From contig CAWJGT010000001.1 of NCBI GenBank assembly GCA_963842525.1, positions 576,001 to 640,000 of the forward strand: DNA of 64,000 nucleotides. The letters run 5' to 3'. Source of the DNA: an uncultured Holophagales bacterium (GTDB taxonomy: Bacteria; Acidobacteriota; Thermoanaerobaculia; Multivoradales; UBA5704). Numbering within the stretch: position 1 is the first letter of the stretch; each line of letters opens with the position of its first letter. Both the position numbers and the translations under genes were made by a program. Positions 19,122 through 28,162 of the stretch are shown here, piece after piece. Under the pieces are notes generated by a model. The model was not told the origin of the DNA. It saw nothing but the letters and a program-made list of their open reading frames with translations, and searched no databases.

Positions 19122-19334
19122 CTACTGCATCTCCGTTTCGGACTCTTTGCACCTGTCACCGAGTGCCAAGCACGTGCACGAACCATCGTCGTAGGTGCAC
19201 TTGAACGTACCTGGCCCGCATGTACACGAGCTAGCTATGACCCCCGGTGGCTGACCAAAGAGAGGCACCGCGGCCACGATCGCCCAGGTCACGGCAAGGA
19301 GTCCGAAGATCCTTAGAATCGCTTGTCTCTTCAT
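19122..19334 (-). CDS. Small secreted Cys-rich peptide (70 aa)
   Basis: Strong RBS AAAGGAGG, signal peptide, six Cys in the mature part, hairpin downstream. Confidence 0.7.
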   Translation of the reverse strand: MKRQAILRIFGLLAVTWAIVAAVPLFGQPPGVIASSCTCGPGTFKCTYDDGSCTCLALGDRCKESETEMQ

Positions 19335-19646
19335 TTTCGACCCTCCTTTCTGGGTTTAGTTGTGCTCCTACTAGTAGAGGTGCCCACGTTATGGGTAGCG
19401 TGACAAGAACCGGGCCGCCGGGGGCGGGGGCCGAGGCCCCTGGCAGGGGCCGGAGGGGGATGGGCGGGGCGGGGTGGTCGAATGAACCCGGCAGGTTGGC
19501 GGAGCGCTTCGAAGGCATGGCTCCATCCGGCCAGCGGAGCCAATCTGCCGGACCTTGCTGCGGGGGGAGCGGGTCGCGCACTGTGCTTCCACGAAACCTT
19601 GGGAACGCGCTGTCTTTGGGAGGCCCGGGTTGTTGCCCGCCCCTGG

Positions 19647-19747
19647 TTAACATAGTGCGAGCGCATTATGTTAAGGCGAAGCCCGTAGGCGGGGAGTGGC
19701 GCAGGGCGAGGTTCGGATAAAGCGCTTTATTTATCGGAACCTCGCCC
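19647..19747. promoter_or_regulatory. Two palindromes with XerD-like and XerC-like half-sites (candidate recombination or operator sites)
   Basis: TTAACATAG-10nt-TTATGTTAA (19647-19674) and GGGCGAGGTTCGGATAA-10nt-TTATCGGAACCTCGCCC (19704-19747). Confidence 0.55.
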
Positions 19748-19859
19748 GTGTGGGAGGGGGAGCCGCCCCCGCCGGAGCCAGGGGCGGGCAGCTCCCGGGC
19801 CGAGGGTGGGGGAAGCTCCGGAACGCCACTGCACGGTGCGGGACCCGCGGGCGGGGGAG

Positions 19860-20830
19860 ATCAAAATGGGGCGGGCGGACGGAGATTGGGTGGGCGCGCC
19901 AGAGGACCGGAGGCAGGCTTTTCACGGCCGTAGGCTCTGGGGCGGCCACCCGGCCTTATTTCATACACCGCTGCCATCACCACGTCAGGATGGACCTCGA
20001 GCGGGTGGGAGCAGGTTGCGGAGCGCCCCGCGCGGAGTCAAGCTGCGGGGCGGAAAGCTGCGGGGACCACGATGGCTCTACCGCCGATGGAGCGAGTACG
20101 TCCCCGCACGGAGCTGCATCGGCGGGGCACGGCGGCTCGCAAGCCCTCCCCATCAAATGGGTGGGCGGGTGTGGAATTGGGGTGTGCGTCCTGGAGGACC
20201 GGAGGCCGGCTGCTCACGGCCGCAGGCTCCAGGACGGACACCCCGGCCTCGCAGGATGGAGGCACCGACTGCGAAGAGGCTGAGCGCAGAGAGGGTGGGA
20301 GCAGTTCGGCGAGCAGCTTGCGCGGAGCCGATCTGCGGGGCGGAAAGCTGGGAGTCCACGATGGCCCTACCGCCGATGGAGCGAGTACGCCCCCGCACGG
20401 AGCTGCATCGGCGGGGCACGGCGGCTCGCAGGCCCTCTCCATCAAATGGGTGGGCGGGCGTGGAATTGGGGTGTTCGTCCTGGAGGACCGGAGGCCGGCT
20501 GTTCACGGCCGCAGGCTCCAGGACGGACACCCCGGCCTTGCAGGATGGAGGCACCGACGGCGAAGAGGCTGAACGGAGAGAGGGCGGGAGCAGTTCGGCG
20601 AGCAGCTTGCGCGGAGCCGATCTGCGGGGCGGAAAGCTGGGAGTCCACGATGGCCCTACCGCCGATGGAGCGAGTACGTCCCCGCACGGAGCTGCATCGG
20701 CGGGGCACGGCGGCTCGCAGGCCTTCCCCATCAAATGGGCGGGCGGGTGTGGAATTGGGTGGGCGCGCCGAAGGACCGGAGGCAGGCTTTTCCCGGCCGC
20801 AGGCTTCGGGGCGGCCACCCGGCCTTTTCA
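19860..20830. repeat. Non-coding tandem repeat of about 290 bp, roughly 3 copies
   Basis: CGGAAAGCTG at 20051, 20341 and 20630; 19870-19960 is echoed at 20740-20826. Confidence 0.9.
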
Positions 20831-20870
20831 AAAGACGGTCGCCGTCCCCGCCTGGCGATGGAGCTCGCTC

Positions 20871-21172
20871 GGGTGGTCGGCGGGGCGCTGCCGTCCTCGC
20901 CCGGCTGCTGGCGCGCGGGGTGGTGGCGTGTGCGTCAGCGAGCTGGTGGGGGTGCGCCTTTCACGGGAGTCTCCGGGGACGCGGGTGGGTGGCGGGGACG
21001 TTGCCGTCGCTGCGGACGGATCGATCTCGCGCGGGTGGTCGGCGGGGCGCTGCCGTCCCCACCCGGCTGCATGGCGCGCGGGGTGGTGTGGCGATTGTGT
21101 CAACGGCCAGGTGGGGGCGCGCCTTCGACGGTGCTCCGGGGCCGCGGGTGGGTGGCGGGGACGTTGCCGTCC
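20871..21172. repeat. Degenerate direct repeat with a period of about 162 bp
   Basis: GGGTGGTCGGCGGGGCGCTGCCGTCC at 20871 and 21033; GCGGGTGGGTGGCGGGGACGTTGCCGTC at 20981 and 21144. Confidence 0.8.
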
Positions 21173-22063
21173 CTGCGGGAGCTGGCCGCCGAGAGGGTGG
21201 ATGGTTGGGGAGTCGTCCGCCCCCCCAACGCCTGAGCACAGAACGTGGACGGCCCGGCCCCCGCGGGCGGGGGGCTTCTTCTTTTTCTTTCCTGCCCCTT
21301 ATCGGCCCGCTCGCCGGGGCTGTGCGTAGATGTGGGAATCCCGGCGAGGTGGTGGCCGGTGGGCCGGGATTTCCAACGGGTGTGGGAAGGTCCGGGGGTG
21401 GAAGGGCGGCGGCCCGGAGCTTTCCATACCCGGTCAGCTTCCACAGCCCGGGAGGGGGAAAGCCGCCGTCCCCACGATGGATGGACCTCGAGAGGATGGG
21501 GCGGATGGTCGCCGTCCCCACGGAGGGCGGAGCTTCGCGCGGGGGCGATTGCGGCCAGCAGGCCGGGGGAAGCTGGCCGTCCCCCCGATCGGTGGGGCTT
21601 GAGAGGGTGGGCGGCAGGGTAGGCGTCTCGCAGATGTATAGATATTTTGCTATGCAAATTCTATCTGCTGCGCGCGCCCCTCACAAGGTCGCCCAGGCCG
21701 CGTCCAGGCCTGCGTAGTCGCGGCCGGACGTGCGTGCAGACTTGCGTGCGGACCTGCGCGAGCCGCGTGCAGGCCTGCGTGCGGCTTGCGCGGGCCGAAT
21801 CCTGCGGCCCCCACCCCCCTCCCTCCCCTTCGGATATGCTCTCTCGCGGATGGCGGATCTCGATGGAGGAACGAAACTCAGGTGCTTCAGCCCCCTACTC
21901 CACTGCTGCGCCGGCTACCTGCCCCCACGCATGGACGTCCCGCAGCCAGGCGAGGAGTGGGTTCCAACTCTCGCGGAGTTGGTCCACCAAATCACCTTCC
22001 CGGTCTTTTCTTGACCTGACAAACTGAAATTCTCGGCGCTGCTCGCCGTCTGGCCGCCGGCCT

Positions 22064-22813
22064 TTGCCATGGAGCCGGGCCTCTTCGTTTGGTGGAACGA
22101 TCTCACCAGCCGCTGGTGGGAGCTCCTGCTGGCTCTCCTGGGTCTCGCCCCGGCCGGAGGTCCAGGCGCATCTGCGCTTCCTGGCCGGCGCCGTCCTCGC
22201 GGTGGCGCTCCTGGTCCCCGCGAGCCTCGCCGTCACCGGAGGGCAGGACGCGTACCGGGCGTTCCTCGCCAATACCCGCAAGCACCAGGCGACGCCGTTG
22301 ACCAATCACATGGGGCTGCGTACGGTGGCGGCCTGGCGGCCCACCGAGGTCGGGCGGCGCCTGGTCGACGAGACCGCCGCCGATCCCTGGCTGCGTTGGA
22401 AGGAGGCGCGGTTGGCGGCGTGGCGGCAAGTGCGGCCCCTCTCGGCGCTCCTCGCCGGTACAGCTCTCGTCCTACTCGGCCGGGCGGCGCGCCGCCGGCC
22501 GGAGCCCTGGGTCGCGGCAGCGCTCGCAGCGCTCTGGATCGCTTTCGCGGTCGAGCTCACCTCGTACTACTACGCGTTCGTTCTGGTGCCGGCGCTCCTG
22601 TGGGTGGAGAAGCGGTCGGCCGGCATCGCTCTCCTCGCGCTGGCGGCCTTCTCGCAGCTCGTCTCGCTCGGTCCCCTTCTGAGGATGCCGGGGATGCCGG
22701 CCTGGCTGGACGAGCAATACACGCTGATCTCCCTCGCGACGATCCTGGTGTTTGCGGGGATTCTCGTCGCCTTCGGGACCCCTTCCCTGAAGCCGAAAGG
22801 GCGTCTTCCTTGA
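22064..22813 (+). CDS. Polytopic membrane protein, probably 5'-truncated (GT-C/GT87-like C-terminal half)
   Basis: Several TM helices, FLANTRKHQATPLTNHMGL loop, ELTSYYY; no convincing start. Confidence 0.5.
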   Translation: MPWSRASSFGGTISPAAGGSSCWLSWVSPRPEVQAHLRFLAGAVLAVALLVPASLAVTGGQDAYRAFLANTRKHQATPLTNHMGLRTVAAWRPTEVGRRLVDETAADPWLRWKEARLAAWRQVRPLSALLAGTALVLLGRAARRRPEPWVAAALAALWIAFAVELTSYYYAFVLVPALLWVEKRSAGIALLALAAFSQLVSLGPLLRMPGMPAWLDEQYTLISLATILVFAGILVAFGTPSLKPKGRLP

Positions 22814-22967
22814 AACGCCTCCTGCCATTGGCTACACTCCCGTGTGGATTGAGCGGCGAAGTGGGTTGTCCGACCGGAGCTGCGGCCCAGGCCTTGCCAT
22901 GGCTCCACGGGTCTCGTTCTCCTCTCGGGAGCCGGGCCGCTCGATGGAGTCATGTCGGGAGAGTGTC

Positions 22968-23345
22968 TTGCAGCCCAGGAAAGTGCTCGTCGTCGACGAC
23001 TCGAAGCTGATGCAGAAAATGTACGAGGTGATGCTGCGGCAGTATCCGCTGGTGTACGCGTCGGACGGCCTCCAGGCGCTCGACCGTCTCCGCGAGCACG
23101 CGGACATCGACCTCGTGCTGCTCGACATCAACATGCCGAACATGAACGGCTTCGAGCTGCTCTCCAGGCTGCGCTCCGACGGGGTGCACGACGACCTGGC
23201 GGTGATCATCATCAGCACCGAGGGGCGGGACGAGGACGCCGAACGGGGTCTCCAGGCGGGAGCGGCAGCGTACATCAGGAAGCCGTTCCACAGCGAGGAC
23301 ATCCTGGAGAAGATTTCGCAGATCCAGAAGGGTGCCGAAGCTTGA
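22968..23345 (+). CDS. CheY-like response regulator
   Basis: VLVVDDS, LLDINMPNMNG, IISTE, YIRKPF. Confidence 0.92.
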   Translation: MQPRKVLVVDDSKLMQKMYEVMLRQYPLVYASDGLQALDRLREHADIDLVLLDINMPNMNGFELLSRLRSDGVHDDLAVIIISTEGRDEDAERGLQAGAAAYIRKPFHSEDILEKISQIQKGAEA

Positions 23346-24124
23346 GCGACCGGAGCGTCAAGGAAGCCAACCCGCGGGTCCAGCCCGCCCCCGTCCCCGG
23401 CCTGGAGCTGGTGGCCGAGCTGCGTTCGACCCTGGAGCGCGTCGGCGAGCTGGCGCGCATCGTCGAGCTCAACCTCCGCGAGGCCACCCAGCACGACGAG
23501 CCGTCGTCGTCCGACGAGCGGGCCCAGGAGCTCGAGCGGCGGCTAGCCACGGCGGAGTCGGACGTCAAGGAGCTGGCCTCCCGCCTGGTCGACTCCGAGC
23601 ACCAGAGCGGCCGGCTGATGAACCTCTATGTGGCCACCTACCAGCTCCACGCCACCCTCGACCCGGCGGAGGTGCAGGCGACGATCGCCGAGATCGCCAT
23701 CAACCTGCTGGGGGCCGAGCAGTTCGTCCTGCTGCTGCGCAAGGACGACGCCGACGACTACGAGATCGCCCTCCTCGAAGGGATGTACGACGGGGTCAAG
23801 CCGCCCTACGACGGCGAGTCCTACAGCGCCGGCGACCCCATGGTCGACGCCACCTTGAAGGACGGCGTGCTGCGCCTGGGCCCCACGCCCGAGTCGCCGG
23901 TTCTGGCCGCGGTGCCGCTGCGCGTGCAGAACGACATCGTGGGAGCGCTGGTGGTGCTCAAGCTGCTGGAGCACAAGCCGGTGCTGCGGGCCGAGGACCG
24001 CGACCTGTTGGACCTGCTGTCCGCCCATGCCGCCTCCGCGCTGTTCGCCGCGCGGCTCTTCGCCACCAAGGACCGCAAGCTCCGCACCCTGGAGAGCCTG
24101 GTCAAGCTGGCCCGCGGGGAGTGA
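23342..24124 (+). CDS. Coiled-coil plus GAF domain protein
   Basis: LMNLYVATYQLHATLD...AAVPLRVQNDIVGALVV...DLLDLLSAHAASAL. Confidence 0.85.
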   Translation: MSDRSVKEANPRVQPAPVPGLELVAELRSTLERVGELARIVELNLREATQHDEPSSSDERAQELERRLATAESDVKELASRLVDSEHQSGRLMNLYVATYQLHATLDPAEVQATIAEIAINLLGAEQFVLLLRKDDADDYEIALLEGMYDGVKPPYDGESYSAGDPMVDATLKDGVLRLGPTPESPVLAAVPLRVQNDIVGALVVLKLLEHKPVLRAEDRDLLDLLSAHAASALFAARLFATKDRKLRTLESLVKLARGE

Positions 24125-24172
24125 TCCCTCGGATCGATCCACCTCCGTTGCCGTCCTGAAGCGAGCCGCACG

Positions 24173-25759
24173 ATGGGTATCTCGGGAAGCCTCAAAGACG
24201 TCTCCGTCGCCGATGTGATGCAGTTCATCCATCTCGGCCGGCGGACCGGCACCCTGCTGCTCCACCGTGGCGCGCAGCGGGCGATGATCGGCTTCCACTA
24301 CGGCCGGCTGGTCAGCGCCCAGGCGCCCAGGACGCCCAAGCTGGGAGACCTCCTGGTCTCGTCGGGCATGATCGACCGCGGCATCCTCGACAAGGCCATC
24401 CAGACGCAGAAGGACTCGATCGAGCACCGCTCGCTCGGGCAGATCCTCGTCTCCTCGGGCTCGATCGAAGCCGAAGGGCTGCGCAAGGTGATCGGCCAGC
24501 AGATCGAGCAGGCCGTCTCCGAGGTCATGGTCTGGGACAACGGCACCTTCGAGTTCGCCATCGACGACCTGCGGCCGATCGACGACATCGCCCTCTATCC
24601 CAGCGACGTCCTGCCCGACGCCGACATCAACACGCAGATGGTGCTGCTGGAGGCGGCGCGCATTTTCGACGAGCGCAACCGCGACCGTGCGGAGGGCGTG
24701 GTGCCCGAGGACACCTGGCCGCGCGGCGGCTACGAGGCCGGGGACGCCACCAACCCGACCATGGTCATGAGCCCGTCGGTACGGGCGGCGACTTCCGGGG
24801 CCTCCGCGGTGGCCGAGCCGGAGGACGAGGTCGAGCGCCAGGGGCCGAAACACGCCGCGGAGCTGCTGCGCCTGCACGTGGTCTCGCCCGACCAGCCGTT
24901 CGTCCAGGCCCTGGCCGACGCCCTGCAGCACGAGCTGGCGGCGGTCGAGCTCAAGGGGCTCGGCCAGGCGGGCAAGACCGAGCTCCACGAGGTGCCGCCG
25001 ATCGTCCTGCTCGACCTGCGCGGCGAGGAGGTGACCCTGGAGCAGGCCGCTTCCCTCCACCGCGCCCGGCCGCGCGCCTCCCTGATCGCCCTGGTCGAAC
25101 CGGGCACCTCGTTCGTGCGGGTCTACGAGGCCGGCGTGCTCGCCGCGATTCCCGCCGAGGTCGAAGCGGTGGTCGCCTGTGTCGAGAACGTCATCGAGAG
25201 CCGGCGCGACCTGGTCCGCGGCCTGCCGCGCGAGGCGTCGCGGCCGGGGATCGAGCGGCTGCGGCGCGTCTACGGCGACCTCCGTTCGGGCCTGATCTCG
25301 GCCACCGTGGCGCTCAACCTGATGCACATCATTTCGGAGTCGGTGGAGCGGGCCGTGCTGTTCCTGGTCAAGCGGGACCACCTGACGGCGCTCGGCGCCT
25401 TCGGCGTCGACGTGCGCGGCCGGCCGCTGGCGGAGTCGACCCGCGCCCTCAAGCTGGACATGACCGGGGACAGCGCGCTCATGCGCAGCCTCGAGAGCGG
25501 CGAGGTCCAGTCGGTCGAGTTCGACGAGGCGGGCCTCCCCGACGCCCTGCGCACCATCCTGGGCCGCCCGCGCACCGGCCAGATCGTGGTCTTCCCGGTG
25601 CTCGGCGCGCAGCGCGTGATCTCGATCATCTACACCGACAACGGCGACCGCGACGAGCCGATCGAGGACATCGACATCCTCGAGCTCGCCACGGCCCAGG
25701 TCGGCATGGCCTTCGAAAACGAGCTGCTGCGCCGGCAGATCTCGCAAGGCCGGGATTAG
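24173..25759 (+). CDS. DUF4388 (PatA-N) domain signalling protein with pseudo-receiver and GAF-like domains
   Basis: MGISGSLKDVSVADVMQFIHLGRRTGTL, KLGDLLV, WDNGTFEF. Confidence 0.85.
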   Translation: MGISGSLKDVSVADVMQFIHLGRRTGTLLLHRGAQRAMIGFHYGRLVSAQAPRTPKLGDLLVSSGMIDRGILDKAIQTQKDSIEHRSLGQILVSSGSIEAEGLRKVIGQQIEQAVSEVMVWDNGTFEFAIDDLRPIDDIALYPSDVLPDADINTQMVLLEAARIFDERNRDRAEGVVPEDTWPRGGYEAGDATNPTMVMSPSVRAATSGASAVAEPEDEVERQGPKHAAELLRLHVVSPDQPFVQALADALQHELAAVELKGLGQAGKTELHEVPPIVLLDLRGEEVTLEQAASLHRARPRASLIALVEPGTSFVRVYEAGVLAAIPAEVEAVVACVENVIESRRDLVRGLPREASRPGIERLRRVYGDLRSGLISATVALNLMHIISESVERAVLFLVKRDHLTALGAFGVDVRGRPLAESTRALKLDMTGDSALMRSLESGEVQSVEFDEAGLPDALRTILGRPRTGQIVVFPVLGAQRVISIIYTDNGDRDEPIEDIDILELATAQVGMAFENELLRRQISQGRD

Positions 25760-26490
25760 CCGCCGATTCCCGCCAGCGGATTGAACGGCTTCGCCGTATA
25801 CCCGGCGGGGGGCTCGTAAAGGCCGGCCGGGGCATCCTTCGTCTCGGCCGAGATCAGCTCCTCGCGGGTCTTGAACCGGGCGCCCATGGCGTCGACGCTG
25901 TCCTCCCGCAGGACGGGAAAGCCTTCGACCTTCTCGAGCTCGCGGGCCCAGTCCGCGGCGCCGGGCTGGAGGGCGGCCAGGGTGGCGGCCAGGCGGTTGA
26001 GGTTCCGCCAGGCTTCGACCTCGGGGCTCACCCACAGGGTGCTGGCGATCTTCATGCCCGTGGCATTGGTGATCTCCATCTGGACCCGGCGGGCGTTCCA
26101 GGCGTTGACCTTGCGGGTCTCTCCCGTAGAGGACACCTTCACGGCGAGCTTCATCTGCTGCGCCCAGAGCGCCCCCACCTGTTCCTGCCCCTTGGGCATC
26201 AGGCGGACGAAGTCGACCGGCAGGATCAGCTCGCTGTAGGTCTTCTCGGGATGGTTCACGACGTACAGCTTGTTGCGGTCGAGGCGCAGGATCGTCGAGC
26301 TCTCCCCCTCGTCGCGGCGCAGCCGGTCGGCGCCCACCCAGATCCGGACCTCCGTGTCCTTGGCCGGCTGCGTCTCGCCCGCGACCTGAAAGGCGTCGGT
26401 ATGGCTCTTGAGCGTCAGCAGGGAGTCGGCGCCGGAGGCCGAGGCCCAGGCGAGAAACAGAAGCGCGAGGAGGAAGGCACGTCGAGGCAT
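25756..26490 (-). CDS. Secreted DUF4412-like protein
   Basis: Signal peptide; ILRLDRNKLYVVNHPEKTY, TGETRKVN, LYEPPAGY. Confidence 0.75.
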   Translation of the reverse strand: MPRRAFLLALLFLAWASASGADSLLTLKSHTDAFQVAGETQPAKDTEVRIWVGADRLRRDEGESSTILRLDRNKLYVVNHPEKTYSELILPVDFVRLMPKGQEQVGALWAQQMKLAVKVSSTGETRKVNAWNARRVQMEITNATGMKIASTLWVSPEVEAWRNLNRLAATLAALQPGAADWARELEKVEGFPVLREDSVDAMGARFKTREELISAETKDAPAGLYEPPAGYTAKPFNPLAGIGG

Positions 26491-26501
26491 GGCGAGCTAG
26501 C

Positions 26502-26993
26502 TTAGCCGTCCGTGCCGGGCTTGACAATCTGAGCCAGCGGAGCCGCGTCCTTGCGCCGCACGTAGAGGAGCTTCTCGACCTCGGCCACCACGTCGTCCCG
26601 TTCGTCGACGACCTCGACCTGGAAGACCGGCTCGATCTTGCCGTCGCGGTCCGCGGCGGCCCGGATTTCGGCGATGCGCTCCTCGGGGATGTGGAAGGTG
26701 GCGCGCACGGTGCCCCGTCCGGGACGGCGGAAGCGGATGGTGGCCGCCTTGTCCCAGACGACGTAGTCCCTCCCCAGGTGCTCCAACAGGATCAGCATGA
26801 GGAAGGGGTCGCACATCGTGTAGAGCGATCCCCCGAAGTGGGTGCCCACGTAGTTGCGGTTCCACCACCGCAGCTTCATCCGCACCTCGAAGGTCCGGAA
26901 GTCGGGAGAGACACGCACCCGCACACCGGCCCCCAGGTAGGGCGGGTACAGGTTCAGCAGCCGGAGCATCCACCGCGTGCGGGATCGGGTCAT
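26502..26993 (-). CDS. DUF4442 / hotdog-fold thioesterase-like protein
   Basis: NLYPPYLGAG, NRNYVGTHFGGSLYTMCDPF, VWDKAATIRFRRPG. Confidence 0.88.
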   Translation of the reverse strand: MTRSRTRWMLRLLNLYPPYLGAGVRVRVSPDFRTFEVRMKLRWWNRNYVGTHFGGSLYTMCDPFLMLILLEHLGRDYVVWDKAATIRFRRPGRGTVRATFHIPEERIAEIRAAADRDGKIEPVFQVEVVDERDDVVAEVEKLLYVRRKDAAPLAQIVKPGTDG

Positions 26994-27078
26994 GGGACGG
27001 AGATTATCGCCTCTTGGGAGGGTCAAGGCCCGGGCAGGCTCTCGGGTCCACCCGAGCCTTTCGACGGCCAGCGCGAGG

Positions 27079-27270
27079 CTAGGCGCAGGTGTGGCTGGGG
27101 TAGCAGCTCACGCAGGTGTGCTGAACGCTGCAGATCATGGCGCTTTCCACCGGACACTTCGGCGGCGGCGCGGGAGCGGCCCCGACGAGCCCCGCGAGGT
27201 TCTGGTTGTCGAGGACTCCCAGGGTCTCCTTGGAGAGCTTCAGCTTCTTGACGTTGTTGTTCTTCTTCAT
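27079..27270 (-). CDS. RiPP precursor, class I lanthipeptide-like (63 aa)
   Basis: RBS CAGGAG; leader KKLKLSKETL...LVGA; core with 5 Cys and 6 Ser/Thr. Confidence 0.75.
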   Translation of the reverse strand: MKKNNNVKKLKLSKETLGVLDNQNLAGLVGAAPAPPPKCPVESAMICSVQHTCVSCYPSHTCA

Positions 27271-27374
27271 GACGGGTCTCCTGGTCGTTCCGGAATGTCT
27301 CAAAGGGCTGAGCTTCCAGAAGGGTCTGAGGAGAGGAACGAGCGCTCCGCACAGATCCCCTCACCAGCGCGCAA

Positions 27375-27791
27375 TCAGTGCTCAGGGACGCGCAGCCGGA
27401 GAGTGGGGAAGATCGGCGTGAAGTCGTCGCCGTTCCTCGTGATGAGACCCTCGAAGCGAGCTGCGAAGGCTCCGATCAGGATGTCGGCCAGCGGCCTCTT
27501 GGAGAGCCCACCGGAGCGCCGGCGCTGAACGAACTCAGCCCAGGCCTCATGGGCACGGAGGGTGTCCGCCCAGGTCCAGTCCTGACGGAAGTCCACTCCG
27601 ACCCCGGAAAGGAATTCGTCCTGCAGGCTACGGTCCGCCTGGAATGCGGGAGCGAGCTCGGTGTAGGTCATGGGGCAGATTACCAAGCCGGCCTCGGCGC
27701 ACGCTTCCAGCGTCTGGGCAGAGACGACGCCAAAGGTTGGATCTTCATCCAGGACGTCGATGAGGACACAAGTGTCCACAACCCACGCCAT
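27375..27791 (-). CDS. vapC: PIN-domain toxin
   Basis: VVDTCVLID, TEL, LADILIGA, LITRN.DF. Confidence 0.88.
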   Translation of the reverse strand: MAWVVDTCVLIDVLDEDPTFGVVSAQTLEACAEAGLVICPMTYTELAPAFQADRSLQDEFLSGVGVDFRQDWTWADTLRAHEAWAEFVQRRRSGGLSKRPLADILIGAFAARFEGLITRNGDDFTPIFPTLRLRVPEH

Positions 27792-28048
27792 CAGCGATCG
27801 CCTTCACGCAACTCATTCATCCAGTCCTCGGTCCTGCGTGCCGGTCGGAAGCGCCGGGCGAAACCGAGCATCGCCATGGCGCCTCGTGGCTCCGGCTCCG
27901 GGAGCACCTGGACGCGGATCTCATTCTCTCCCGACTTCTCCCAGAGCAGGCGTTGCCCCTTCTCGATGCCGAGCTCTTTCCGGAGGTTGGCCGGAATCGA
28001 GACCTGGCCCCGCTCGGTGACAACGGAGACATTGGAAGCTCCAGGCAT
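27791..28048 (-). CDS. vapB: AbrB/MazE-type antitoxin
   Basis: VTERGQVSIPANLRKELGIEKGQ, coupled to the PIN gene. Confidence 0.88.
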   Translation of the reverse strand: MPGASNVSVVTERGQVSIPANLRKELGIEKGQRLLWEKSGENEIRVQVLPEPEPRGAMAMLGFARRFRPARRTEDWMNELREGDR

Positions 28049-28162
28049 GGCGCCAGTCTATCATGCAGACTCATCATGTGGGACCCGGTGGCTTATAGAG
28101 ATGGGCCGGCGACGGAGGGGGACCGGCAGGGGGTGATCGCGGCGACGAACGCGCCGGCGAGG

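Noticed and set aside
19647-19747. Canonical chromosomal dif site
   Set aside because: The arms are symmetric with 10-nt spacing rather than XerC-6bp-XerD, and no obvious skew switch is visible.
19696-21717. Long ORFs (507 aa, 423 aa and others) over the repeat tract
   Set aside because: Low-complexity Arg/Gly/Ala translations in several frames, and the main repeat period is not a multiple of 3.
23543-26527. 994-aa minus-strand ORF and similar long antisense ORFs (4804..6192, 10449..12089, 33541..35289)
   Set aside because: Shadow ORFs of high-GC genes with recognisable products in another frame or strand.
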